Shown here piece by piece: positions 38,791 through 47,493 of a stretch of DNA of 64,000 nucleotides. Position 1 is the first letter of the stretch; the number at the start of each line of letters is the position of its first letter. Source of the DNA: [Archangium] primigenium (GTDB taxonomy: Bacteria; Myxococcota; Myxococcia; Myxococcales; Myxococcaceae); assembly GCF_016904885.1 (NCBI RefSeq), contig NZ_JADWYI010000001.1:7433224-7497223 (forward strand). Reading direction: 5' to 3'. A model generated the notes under the pieces. That model searched no databases, was not told where the DNA came from, and saw only the letters and a program-made list of their open reading frames with translations. Made by a program: the position numbers and the translations under genes.

Positions 38791-39909
38791 CTAATGAGAT
38801 GCGGACCCCGGCGGTTCGATTCGCTCCACCCGTGCTTTGATATCCGGATCGTCGGGAATGTCACTCCCCAGGGGGACATACGAGAAGCGGATCGCCCGCT
38901 CGCCTGCCTTGGCGCCCCCTGGCACGGACATGGGGCCGAGCTCCTTCTTGCGCTGCTCCAGACCGGCGATGGTCTCCCTCCAGGTGGCCTGGACCGACGC
39001 ATCGCGGGCGGCGGCGAGGCTCTTGCGGGCCTGCGCGAGGTTGTCCTCGACAATCTTCAGGCTCTGTTGGGCGCGATCCTGCTGGGACAGGTCCACGAAG
39101 GGCCCGCGGGGGCCTTGCACGGTGAGCTGCGCCCGGGCGAGCTGCCGCCCCCGATCCCCCGCCGTCATGAACAGGGCGTAGTCGTCCCGCTGGGCGAGCG
39201 TGGACACGCGCCCGTCATGGGATTGCAGGATGAGGTCCAGCGCCTTGCCGGACTGGAGCGACAGCGTGGAGGCCTCCAGGGACGGCAGGGCCGCGAGCAC
39301 CACCACCACGTCCACCTTGTCCTTCTCGCGCAGGCGGCGGGCCTCGGCGAGCACCGCGGGCAGCGCGGGCTGGCCCGTCAGCCCGTCCTGGCGCGGCACG
39401 GGCCCCGAGGGCGACACGCCCACGATGCCGAACTTCACCCCGCCCACGCTCACCACCGTGGACGCGTCGAAGAGCCGCTTGCCCGCGCCATCCACGAGGT
39501 TGGCGGACAGGAGCTTCATCTTCCCCTTCTTCTGGAAGGCGCGCAGGAAGTCCGCGCCCAGGATCAGATCCCGGGCGCCCACGGCCATGGCCGTGGTCCC
39601 CAAGGCGTCCATCTCCTCGAGCAACAGCTGCGCCCGCGCCTTCTCCTGGGGGTCTCCCCCCGCGAAGGTCGTCTTGAACAGAGCGTTTCCGGCATCCAGC
39701 ACCAGCACCGGCCCCTTCGCGCGCTCCCGCGAGAAGACCGTCTTTCGTCTGGCCAGACCGCCAGACGGGTTGTGGCGTCAACCACAGGGGGCGATTTCGC
39801 CCCCGTTGTCTCCGGAGAAGAGCAGCACCACGGACTTGGGCGCCGCGCTCGCCGCCCGGGGCAGGAGCATCAGCGTCATCGACGCGAGCAGCAATGAACG
39901 GCGGTTCAT
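38791..39909 (-). CDS. 5'-nucleotidase/metallophosphatase-like lipoprotein with an in-frame TGA (codon 44), a candidate selenoprotein; alternatively a pseudogene
   Basis: ATG 39909 overlaps the cpoB-like stop (ATGA). Signal peptide [22 protein letters not shown]. The reading frame continues unchanged through TGA at 39778-39780 (…[25 protein letters not shown]…[12 protein letters not shown]…). The downstream body resembles the 5'-NT N-terminal domain (LLDAGN..F / [17 protein letters not shown] versus LLDAGDQFQG / AMNALGYDAMALGNHEFD) but the GNHE catalytic motif is degenerate. Confidence 0.5.
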
Positions 39910-40760
39910 TTCCGACCCTTCTTCGCCTTGTCCAGCTCCGCGAGCCGGCTCTTGGCCGTCTTGGCCGCGTCGGACTTGGGGTAGCCCTTGACGAGCTCCT
40001 CGAGCGCCAGCCGCGACTCCTCCTGCATCTTGAGTTTCTTGAAACACTCCGAGGAGCGCAAGTAGGCGTTCGGCGTGGACTCCGACTTGGGGTACTCCTG
40101 CAGGAGCTTGCCGTACTCGAACAGGGCCTCGCGGCACTTGTCCTCGGCGAAGTAGCTCTCGCCCAGCCCGAAGTGGGCGTCCGCCGTGAGGGCGTCCTTG
40201 GGCCACTTCTTGATGAACTCGTTGTAGAGCTGGCGGGCCACGGGCACCTCGCCCCCCTTGGCCTTGGACTGGGCCAGGGCGAGGAACTCCTTCTTGTCCG
40301 TGGGGCGCTTGAGCTCCTCGGCCTTCTTGCGGGCCTCGGCTTCCTTCTGGGCCTCCTCACCCTTGAGCGCCAGGAAGCGCTGATTGGTGTCATCGCTGGT
40401 GCGGCTGAGCGCCGACTCCAGCTCGCCAATCTTGTAGACGTACGTCTCCACCTGGCCGCGCAGCTGGGCCAGGTCCTCCACCGTCTTCTGCAGCTGGATG
40501 CCGATGTCCGCGCCCGAGCGGCGCGACGCCGTGTCCAGGCCCTGCAGGGCCTTGGAGACCTCGGCGATCTTCTCGTCGATGCGCGGCAGCGTGGCGTCGA
40601 GCTCCGCGCGCGTGCGCTTGAGCTCCTCCTGGACCTGGGCCTGGGCGGTGTCGAGCCGGTCGAGCCGGGACTCCAGGGCCTTGCCCCGATTGGCGGGATA
40701 GAAGCACCCGGAGAGGGCGAGCGGCAGGACGAGGAGGGCGAGCCTTCGCATAGGGGGCAC
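39906..40760 (-). CDS. cpoB: Tol-Pal system protein CpoB/YbgF-like lipoprotein (coiled-coil + TPR)
   Basis: Lipobox LALSGC. Long coiled coil, then YbgF-type TPR (ARQLYNEFIKKWPKDALTADAHFGLGESYF, ALFEYGKLLQEYPKS). Confidence 0.7.
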   Translation of the reverse strand: MPPMRRLALLVLPLALSGCFYPANRGKALESRLDRLDTAQAQVQEELKRTRAELDATLPRIDEKIAEVSKALQGLDTASRRSGADIGIQLQKTVEDLAQLRGQVETYVYKIGELESALSRTSDDTNQRFLALKGEEAQKEAEARKKAEELKRPTDKKEFLALAQSKAKGGEVPVARQLYNEFIKKWPKDALTADAHFGLGESYFAEDKCREALFEYGKLLQEYPKSESTPNAYLRSSECFKKLKMQEESRLALEELVKGYPKSDAAKTAKSRLAELDKAKKGRK

Positions 40761-40795
40761 ATCCTAAGGGCAAAGCCCCTGGGATGCGTGGGCTT

Positions 40796-42040
40796 TCACC
40801 CCGGCCGAGGGCCGCCCGCTCGCTCCAGGCGCTCGATGGCCCGGGCACACGCCACCTGGAGCCGGGCGTTGTTGAGGAAGAAGGGCGTGGAGCGGGCCCT
40901 TCCCTCCTCCAGCGAGCGCAGCGCGCGGCGGTATTCACTCAGCGCATCACCCGGAGCGTTGCGCTGCTCGCACACCATGGCGAGCAGGTAGCGGGCCGCG
41001 GCGAGATCCGGATCCAACCGCAGGCAGCGCCGCAGCGTCTCCTCGGTCTGGGGGCCCGGCTGGGTGTGCGAGGTGGCCCAGCCGAGCACCTGGCTGAAGA
41101 GCGAGTCCGCCTCCTCGTAGGCCAGGGTGGTGGGCGGAGGAGGCGGCGGCGGAGGCGCCACGTCCAGCGGAGCCCCGGGCGTGCCCACCGCCGCGAACCG
41201 GCCCGAGCCCACCGTCGCGAACCGGCCCGAGCCCGAACCCACCGTCGCGAACCGGCCCGAGCCCGAGGACGGAGGCACGGGGGGCGCGGGGGGCTCCGGC
41301 GGCGCGCGGCCGTAGAAGAAGGCCTCGTCGAAGCGCAGGGTGCGCAGGCCGGGCGGCGTGTTCAGCAGGGGCTCGGTGGAGGAGAGCACCAGGAGCCCCT
41401 CGGGCGCGAGCCGCTCGCCGAAGGAGGACACCACGCGGGTGAAGGACTCGGGGCTGAAGTAGATGAGGACGTTGCGGCAGACGATGATGTCGAAGCCCCG
41501 GCGCTCCACGGGCGAGGGGTACACCGAGTCCATCAGGTTGTGGCACAGGAAGCTGCCGCGCTCCTTGAGCGCGGGCACCAGGCCGTGACGGCCCGGCCCC
41601 ACGGACACGAACCAGCGCTCGCGCAGCGCGGGGGGCACCCGCTGCAGTTGCTCGGCGCTGAACCACCCCTCGCGGGCGCGCTGGATGGCCGTCTCGGAGA
41701 TGTCCGTGCCCAGCACCGTGCTGGCGGGATCCGCGCCCACCTCGGCCAGCAGCACGAGCAGCGTGGCCACCTCCTCGCCCGTGGCGCAGCCCGCGCTCCA
41801 CACCCGCAGGGGCCGCCGCTCGCGCGCCACCAGGGGCGCCAGCACGTGCGCGCGCAGCGCCTCCAGTTGGGCCTCGTCCCGGAACAGCTCCGTCTTCTGC
41901 ACGGTGATGGCGTCGATGAGCTCGGCCAGCTCCGCGGAGCCCTCTGGGGACTGCAGGTGCAGCAGCCGCTGGACGCTCGAGCCCCCCCACCCCGCGAGCT
42001 TCTCGTCCAGCCGGCGGCACTGCAGGTCGCTCAAGGCCAT
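40796..42040 (-). CDS. cheR: Chemotaxis protein methyltransferase CheR with C-terminal TPR domain
   Basis: Start MALSDLQCRRLDEKL (CheR N-terminal helical domain). SAM-binding VWSAGCATGEE and VCRNVLIYF. Pro-rich linker, TPR tail. Confidence 0.8.
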   Translation of the reverse strand: MALSDLQCRRLDEKLAGWGGSSVQRLLHLQSPEGSAELAELIDAITVQKTELFRDEAQLEALRAHVLAPLVARERRPLRVWSAGCATGEEVATLLVLLAEVGADPASTVLGTDISETAIQRAREGWFSAEQLQRVPPALRERWFVSVGPGRHGLVPALKERGSFLCHNLMDSVYPSPVERRGFDIIVCRNVLIYFSPESFTRVVSSFGERLAPEGLLVLSSTEPLLNTPPGLRTLRFDEAFFYGRAPPEPPAPPVPPSSGSGRFATVGSGSGRFATVGSGRFAAVGTPGAPLDVAPPPPPPPPTTLAYEEADSLFSQVLGWATSHTQPGPQTEETLRRCLRLDPDLAAARYLLAMVCEQRNAPGDALSEYRRALRSLEEGRARSTPFFLNNARLQVACARAIERLERAGGPRPG

Positions 42041-42109
42041 GCCCGTGCGACGCGCCACGAGCGCGTGGACGGGGTGGAAGCGGGCCGGATAGGAGGGCGG
42101 CACCGCGGT

Positions 42110-43165
42110 TCAGCGCCCCACGGCCAGGGATTCGCCGCGCACCAGGCGCATCAGCGTGCCCGCCACGTCGTCGCCATGGACGAGGTGGTCCACCGCCTTG
42201 CGCCCCACCGCGGCGCCCGGCATGCCGAACACCACGCACGACTCCTCGTTCTGCGCGAGCGTCAGGCCCCCGCCCTGCTTGATGGCGAGCAGGCCCTCCG
42301 CGCCATCCTCGCCCATGCCGGTGAGGATGAGCCCGAGGGCGCGCCGCCCGTAGGCCTTGGCCGCGCTCTCCAGCAGCACCGTGCCCGAGGGCATGTGCCC
42401 GTCGCGCTCCACGCCCGGCTTGAGCGCCACGCGGCCCCGGAACGGAATGGCCATGTGCTGGCCGGGCGGCGCGATGAGCACGTTGCCGGGCAGGAGCTGC
42501 TCGCCATCCTGCGCCAGCCGCACCTTGAGCTTCGAGGAGTTGGCGAGCCAGCCCGCGAGCGACTCGGCGAAGGCGGCGTTGATGTGCTGCACGATGACGA
42601 TGGGCGTGGGGAAGTCCGCGGGCAGCTCGGACAACATCCGGAAGAGCACCTGCGGGCCGCCCGTGGAGCTGGCCACCGCCAGCACGCCATAGGGCATGCC
42701 CACGGGCGCGGGCGTGGTGCCCCCACCGGGCAGGGGCGGCCGACGCTTGCTGTGGATGTGGCGGATGACGCGCACCGAGGACAAGAGCTTCACCTCGCGC
42801 GACAGGTTCCACGCCTCCAGCCCCGCGTCGATGGACGGCTTGATCTGCAGCGCCAGGGCGCCGATCTCCAGCGCCCGGCACGTGAGCTCTGGCGCCTGCT
42901 GCCGCGGGTCCGCCGTGAGCATCAGGATGGGCGTGGGGACCTCGGCCATGATGTGCTCGACGGCCGTCAGCCCGTCCATCACGGGCATCTCCACGTCCAT
43001 GGTGATGACCTGGGGCCGGAGCTCTCGCGCCGCGTCGAGGGCTTCCTTGCCGTTGGTGCAAGTGCCGACCACTTCCAGATCCGGATCCCGGCTCAGTGCT
43101 TCACAGATCAGCTGTCGGCAGATGTGCGAGTCGTCGACGACCAGCACCGACACTTTCTTGCCCAT
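42110..43165 (-). CDS. cheB: Chemotaxis response regulator protein-glutamate methylesterase
   Basis: Receiver VLVVDDS...[12 protein letters not shown]. Methylesterase catalytic region VASSTGGPQ / HINA / FGMPGAAV. Confidence 0.9.
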   Translation of the reverse strand: MGKKVSVLVVDDSHICRQLICEALSRDPDLEVVGTCTNGKEALDAARELRPQVITMDVEMPVMDGLTAVEHIMAEVPTPILMLTADPRQQAPELTCRALEIGALALQIKPSIDAGLEAWNLSREVKLLSSVRVIRHIHSKRRPPLPGGGTTPAPVGMPYGVLAVASSTGGPQVLFRMLSELPADFPTPIVIVQHINAAFAESLAGWLANSSKLKVRLAQDGEQLLPGNVLIAPPGQHMAIPFRGRVALKPGVERDGHMPSGTVLLESAAKAYGRRALGLILTGMGEDGAEGLLAIKQGGGLTLAQNEESCVVFGMPGAAVGRKAVDHLVHGDDVAGTLMRLVRGESLAVGR

Positions 43166-43234
43166 GTGGCTTCCATACTCCGTGCGCGCCCCCTGGAATA
43201 TACCGAATGTGACCGGTCTTGACTCGCCGGTTCA

Positions 43235-45682
43235 TCAACCCAGGAGCCGCCGCACCACGTCGACCAGGTCTTGACGCACCAGGTCACCCTTGGTGATGTA
43301 GCCATCCGCCCCGGCGGCCAGCCCTCGCCGCCGGTCATCCTCCCCGCCCCGGGTGGTGAGGATGACGACGGGGAGGACCTTGTGGGTGGGGTGCGCCTTG
43401 AGCCGGCGCGTCAGCTCCAGGCCGTCCGCCCGGGGCATCTCCAGGTCGGTGCACACCAGGTCCACCTGCGTATTGACGAGCAGATCCAGGGCCTCCAGGC
43501 CGTCGGTGGCCATGACGACGTCGTAGCCCACCGCCTCCAGCAGCGCGCCGATGAGCTCGCGCGTGAGGGGGGAGTCGTCCACCACGAGGATGCGGCGGCG
43601 GGGGGGCGGCGCGGGACGGGGCGTGACGGCCGAGGCCCGGCTGCCCCGGAAGCCCGACAGGCCCCGGGCGTTCGCGATGAGGTGCGCGGCGGACAGCACC
43701 ATGGACAGCCGGCCATCCGCGAGCGTGGTGGCCCCCGTGAGGTGGGGGAAGTGCCCGAGCAGGCCCTTGAGGGGGAGGATGGCCTGGACGCTCTCCTCCA
43801 GCACCCGGTCCACCGCCAGGGCGGCCATGGAGCCCTGGCTGCGCACGACGAGCACGAGCGCCCCCTCCCCGGCCTCCTGCTCCGGGCTCAGGCCCAGGAG
43901 GGCGCCCAGCGAGGCGAAGGGCATGGGCTGCTCGTCCACCTCCAGCACCCCGCGCCCGGCCACCTCCTTGATCTGCGAGGACTCCACCCGGAGCGCGCGC
44001 GACACATGGGCCGCGCTCAGGCACAGGGTCTCCTCGGCCACCTTCACGAAGAGCAGCGGGGCCACGGTGAGCGACACCGGAACCCGCAGCTCGAAGCGCG
44101 TGCCCTGGTTGCCATGGGACGCCACCACCACGTCGCCGCCCAGCGCCCGGAGCGAGCTGCGCACGGCGTCCAGGCCCACGCCCCGGCCGGAGATGTCCGT
44201 GGCCACCTCGCGCGAGGTGAAGCCGGACAGGAAGATGAGCTCGCGCGCCGCTTGATCCGTCAGGCCCGAGGCGGCGGCCTCATCCAGGAAGCCCTTGCGC
44301 ACCGCGGCGCGGCGCAGCACCGAGGGCTCCAGGCCCACGCCGTCGTCCTCCACCCGCAGGACCAGCCGGTTGCCATCCCGCGCGGCGCTCAAGGTCAGCC
44401 GGCCCCGCGGGTGCTTGCCCGCGGCCACCCGGTCCACGCGCGACTCCAGCCCGTGATCGAGCGCGTTGCGCACCAGGTGCAGCAGCGAGTCGCGCAGCGC
44501 CTCCACCACCGCCCGGTCCGCGCGGGTGTCCTCGCCGTCCACCACCAGCTCCACTTCCTTGCCCAGCTCGCGCGCCAGGTCCCGCACCATGCGCGGGTAG
44601 GGCTCGAAGAGCACGGACAGCGGCAACATGCGCAGGCGCTGCACCTCGTCGGCCACGTAGCCCAGGTCGCGCAGCTCCTCGTTGGCCAGCAGCTTCTCCT
44701 CGCGGTGCAGGCCGGCCGCCAGCTCCTTGGCGCGCCCCAGCCGCTCGGCCAGCAGCATCGCCGCCGGGCCCAGGTCCTCCGCGGCGCGCGCGAGCAGGCT
44801 CAGCTCCCGCGCCAGGTCCAGACGCCGGGTGGTGGCCAGCTCCCGGCGACGCGACACCTGGGTGAGGTTGGTCACCGCGCTGGTGAGCCGGTCCAGACTC
44901 GCCACGCCGATGCGCACCGAGCCATCCGCGCGATCCGCCGTGCGGACCGCGGCCGTCACGGGCGAGGGCCGGGGCGGCTCGGGCACCGCGGGCGGCATGC
45001 GGGCGATGGAGGTGGCGACCGTGACGGAGGCCGGAGGCGCCGCGCGCGGCGGCTCCAGGCTCGAGGCCCGTCCCGGCGGCGGGGGGCGCGTCGAGGACGA
45101 GGCCGGGGCGATGGCGGGAGGCACCGGCGGCGCCGAGCGGGACACGAGCGAGGGCGACGCCGCGCTCAGGGACACCGAGCCCCAGGCGGGGGTGGTCTCC
45201 TCGGCCGAATCCTCCACGGACTCGCGGCGCGCGATGGGCGGACCCGCGCGCGGGGTCGCCACGGGCGGCGGCGGCGCGGCGGCGCCCAGGCCGGTGATCT
45301 CCGCCCGGGTGCACTCCTGGAGTCCGCGCACCAGCTTGCCCACCTCGGGGGGAGACTGGACGGGCTCCTGCCCCGCGGCGCCGGACAACACCAGCACGGC
45401 GTCCGCCGCCCGGAGCAGCGCGTCGATGGAGTCCGCGGACAGCGCATGCTCGGCGCGCTCGGTGGAGCGCACCAGTTCCTCCATCTCGTGGACGACGGTG
45501 TTGATGGTGTCGAACCCCATCATCCGCGCCTCGCCCTTGAGGCCGTGCAGCTCGCGCAGCACCGTGCGGCCCGCGTCGGGACTGGCGCCCGCCTCCAGCT
45601 CCACGATGCGACGGTTGATGCGCTCCAGGCGCACCCCCACCAGTTCCCGGAACTGCTTGAGCAGCTTCTCCCGCCCGCTCAC
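43235..45682 (-). CDS. cheA: Chemotaxis histidine kinase CheA with fused C-terminal receiver (CheA-REC hybrid)
   Basis: GTG start overlapping the MCP stop (GTGA). Hpt LRELHGLKGEARMMGF. HATPase LLHLVRNALDHG / GRGVGLD. CheW-like domain. Receiver ILVVDDSPLTREL...VCTDLEMPRADG. Confidence 0.9.
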   Translation of the reverse strand: MSGREKLLKQFRELVGVRLERINRRIVELEAGASPDAGRTVLRELHGLKGEARMMGFDTINTVVHEMEELVRSTERAEHALSADSIDALLRAADAVLVLSGAAGQEPVQSPPEVGKLVRGLQECTRAEITGLGAAAPPPPVATPRAGPPIARRESVEDSAEETTPAWGSVSLSAASPSLVSRSAPPVPPAIAPASSSTRPPPPGRASSLEPPRAAPPASVTVATSIARMPPAVPEPPRPSPVTAAVRTADRADGSVRIGVASLDRLTSAVTNLTQVSRRRELATTRRLDLARELSLLARAAEDLGPAAMLLAERLGRAKELAAGLHREEKLLANEELRDLGYVADEVQRLRMLPLSVLFEPYPRMVRDLARELGKEVELVVDGEDTRADRAVVEALRDSLLHLVRNALDHGLESRVDRVAAGKHPRGRLTLSAARDGNRLVLRVEDDGVGLEPSVLRRAAVRKGFLDEAAASGLTDQAARELIFLSGFTSREVATDISGRGVGLDAVRSSLRALGGDVVVASHGNQGTRFELRVPVSLTVAPLLFVKVAEETLCLSAAHVSRALRVESSQIKEVAGRGVLEVDEQPMPFASLGALLGLSPEQEAGEGALVLVVRSQGSMAALAVDRVLEESVQAILPLKGLLGHFPHLTGATTLADGRLSMVLSAAHLIANARGLSGFRGSRASAVTPRPAPPPRRRILVVDDSPLTRELIGALLEAVGYDVVMATDGLEALDLLVNTQVDLVCTDLEMPRADGLELTRRLKAHPTHKVLPVVILTTRGGEDDRRRGLAAGADGYITKGDLVRQDLVDVVRRLLG

Positions 45683-47493
45683 CCCGTGCCCCCCGTTCCC
45701 GAGGACTCGATCTGGAAGCGCTCCACCACCACGCGCAAGTCCCTCGCCAGGGTGGACAGGTCACCATTGGCGCTGATGACCTGCTTGGTGGCGTTGTGGC
45801 TCTGCTGGGTGATGCGCAGGATGTCCGCCATGGCCTCGGCCAGCAGGTCCGTGCCGCCCTGCTGCTGCTGGGTGGCCAGGGAGATGGCCCGCACCGCGTC
45901 CGAGGTGCGTCCCGCCAGCTCCACGATCTGCCGCAGCGACTCGGACACCTGCTGCGCCAGCCCCGTGCCCAGCTCCGTGGCGCGCACGCCGCCCTCGGTG
46001 GCCATCACCGCGCCGCCCGAGGCGTCCCGCACCTCCTCGATGAGCCCCTCGATCTCCTTGGTGGACTCGATGACGTTCTCCGCGAGGCGCCGCATCTCCG
46101 CGGCCACCAGCGAGAAGCCCTGCCCCACCTCGCCCGCCTTGGTGCCCTCCAGCTCGGCGTTGAGCGCGAGCAGGTCCGACTTGTCGGCCACGCCGTTGAT
46201 GAACTCGACGATCTTGCCGATCTGCTGCACGCGCTTGTTGAGCCGGACCACCGCCGCGGCGATGGCCTGGTTGTCGTGGCGCATGCGGTTCATCGTCTCC
46301 ATGAACGACTCGGAGCTGGCCTGACCCGCCTTGGCCGCCGCGAGCGTCTTGTGGGCGATCTCCGCCACCGAGCCCGCGTTCTCGGCGATCTGCCGCGCCG
46401 AGCGCGCGAGTTCCTCCGTGGTGGCGCTCGTCTGATCCAACGAGCTGGCCTGCTCGGCGGCCCCGGCCTCATAGCGCGAGGAAGTGGAGAGGATCTCCTC
46501 GGTGGTGGTGCCGATGCGGCTGCCGGCGCGCTGCAACTGCGAGAGCACGCCCGCCAGGTGCGTGCGCATGGTGGAGAAGGCGGCGGAGACGGCCCACACC
46601 TCGTCCTCGGCGGGGATGATGCGCTGCTGGCTCAAATCCCCTTCGGCGATGTGGTGGGCCGCCTCGCCCAGCTGCCGCATCGGCCGGCCCAGGATGGTGC
46701 CCCCCACATAGGCGGCCGCCAGGGCCACGCCGAAGATGAGCAGGCACAACACACTGCCGGACACGAGCGACTCGTGGCGCAGCGACTCGGCCAGCTCCGC
46801 CTGCCGCGCCGGACTGGACGCGGTGAGGATCTGATCGAAGGCGCGATCGCTGAGCACCGTGGACACGTCCCAGATGAGCACCGCGGGCGTCATCACCACG
46901 ATGGCGGTGAAGACCACGAGCCGCAGCCGGATCTGCGAGCGCCGGGGCGCGATGCTGATGGCGAGCTGGGGCGTGAGTCCCAGGGAGGACATGTCCTGCA
47001 GCACCCCGCGCGACTGCAGGGTCACCAGGCAGTAGGCCAGCAGCGCGGCGAGGGGCCCGAAGACGAAGCTCGGCCAGCTCGTGCTCACCATCTGCGTGAA
47101 GCTGTTGAAGGGCCCATGGGCCCAGAGCCCCACGATGAAGAGCCCCGCGAGCACCCAGGCCCCGAGCGTGGCGGCGAAGGCGAAGTCGGCCAGCCGATGC
47201 ACCTCGAGCACCGCGTGGGCCAGCCGGTTCGGCATCACCATGCCCTCGTCCAGCTCCACGTCGCGCAGCGCGCGCAGGTGGCGCAGGCACAAGAGCCAGA
47301 CGATGAGGAAGGAGGTGACCGACAGCACGGCCAGCAGCGTGCGGTAGAGGGCGTGATCCTCCAGCCCCGAGGCGAGGGTGAGCTGCAGGTAGCGCGCCTC
47401 GAGCAGGGCCGTGAGGAAGTTGGCGCCGAGCACGGCGCGCAACAGTCGGCGGCTGAAGGGGCGGCGCGCGCGCAGGATGCGAGGGCGATCCAT
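45679..47493 (-). CDS. Methyl-accepting chemotaxis protein (membrane, HAMP + MCP signalling domain)
   Basis: Start MDRPRIL with GGAGGAG ribosome-binding site. TM helices. Highly conserved MCP tip ADKSDLLALNAELEGTKAGEVGQGFSLVAAEMRRLAE. Confidence 0.85.
   Translation of the reverse strand: MDRPRILRARRPFSRRLLRAVLGANFLTALLEARYLQLTLASGLEDHALYRTLLAVLSVTSFLIVWLLCLRHLRALRDVELDEGMVMPNRLAHAVLEVHRLADFAFAATLGAWVLAGLFIVGLWAHGPFNSFTQMVSTSWPSFVFGPLAALLAYCLVTLQSRGVLQDMSSLGLTPQLAISIAPRRSQIRLRLVVFTAIVVMTPAVLIWDVSTVLSDRAFDQILTASSPARQAELAESLRHESLVSGSVLCLLIFGVALAAAYVGGTILGRPMRQLGEAAHHIAEGDLSQQRIIPAEDEVWAVSAAFSTMRTHLAGVLSQLQRAGSRIGTTTEEILSTSSRYEAGAAEQASSLDQTSATTEELARSARQIAENAGSVAEIAHKTLAAAKAGQASSESFMETMNRMRHDNQAIAAAVVRLNKRVQQIGKIVEFINGVADKSDLLALNAELEGTKAGEVGQGFSLVAAEMRRLAENVIESTKEIEGLIEEVRDASGGAVMATEGGVRATELGTGLAQQVSESLRQIVELAGRTSDAVRAISLATQQQQGGTDLLAEAMADILRITQQSHNATKQVISANGDLSTLARDLRVVVERFQIESSGTGGTG

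Noticed and set aside
39700-39790. Frameshift or sequencing-error explanation for the split 5'-NT-like gene
   Set aside because: The two pieces are in the same frame (39780-39708 = 72 nt). The interruption is therefore a single in-frame TGA, not an indel. That makes Sec recoding or a nonsense pseudogene the only options.
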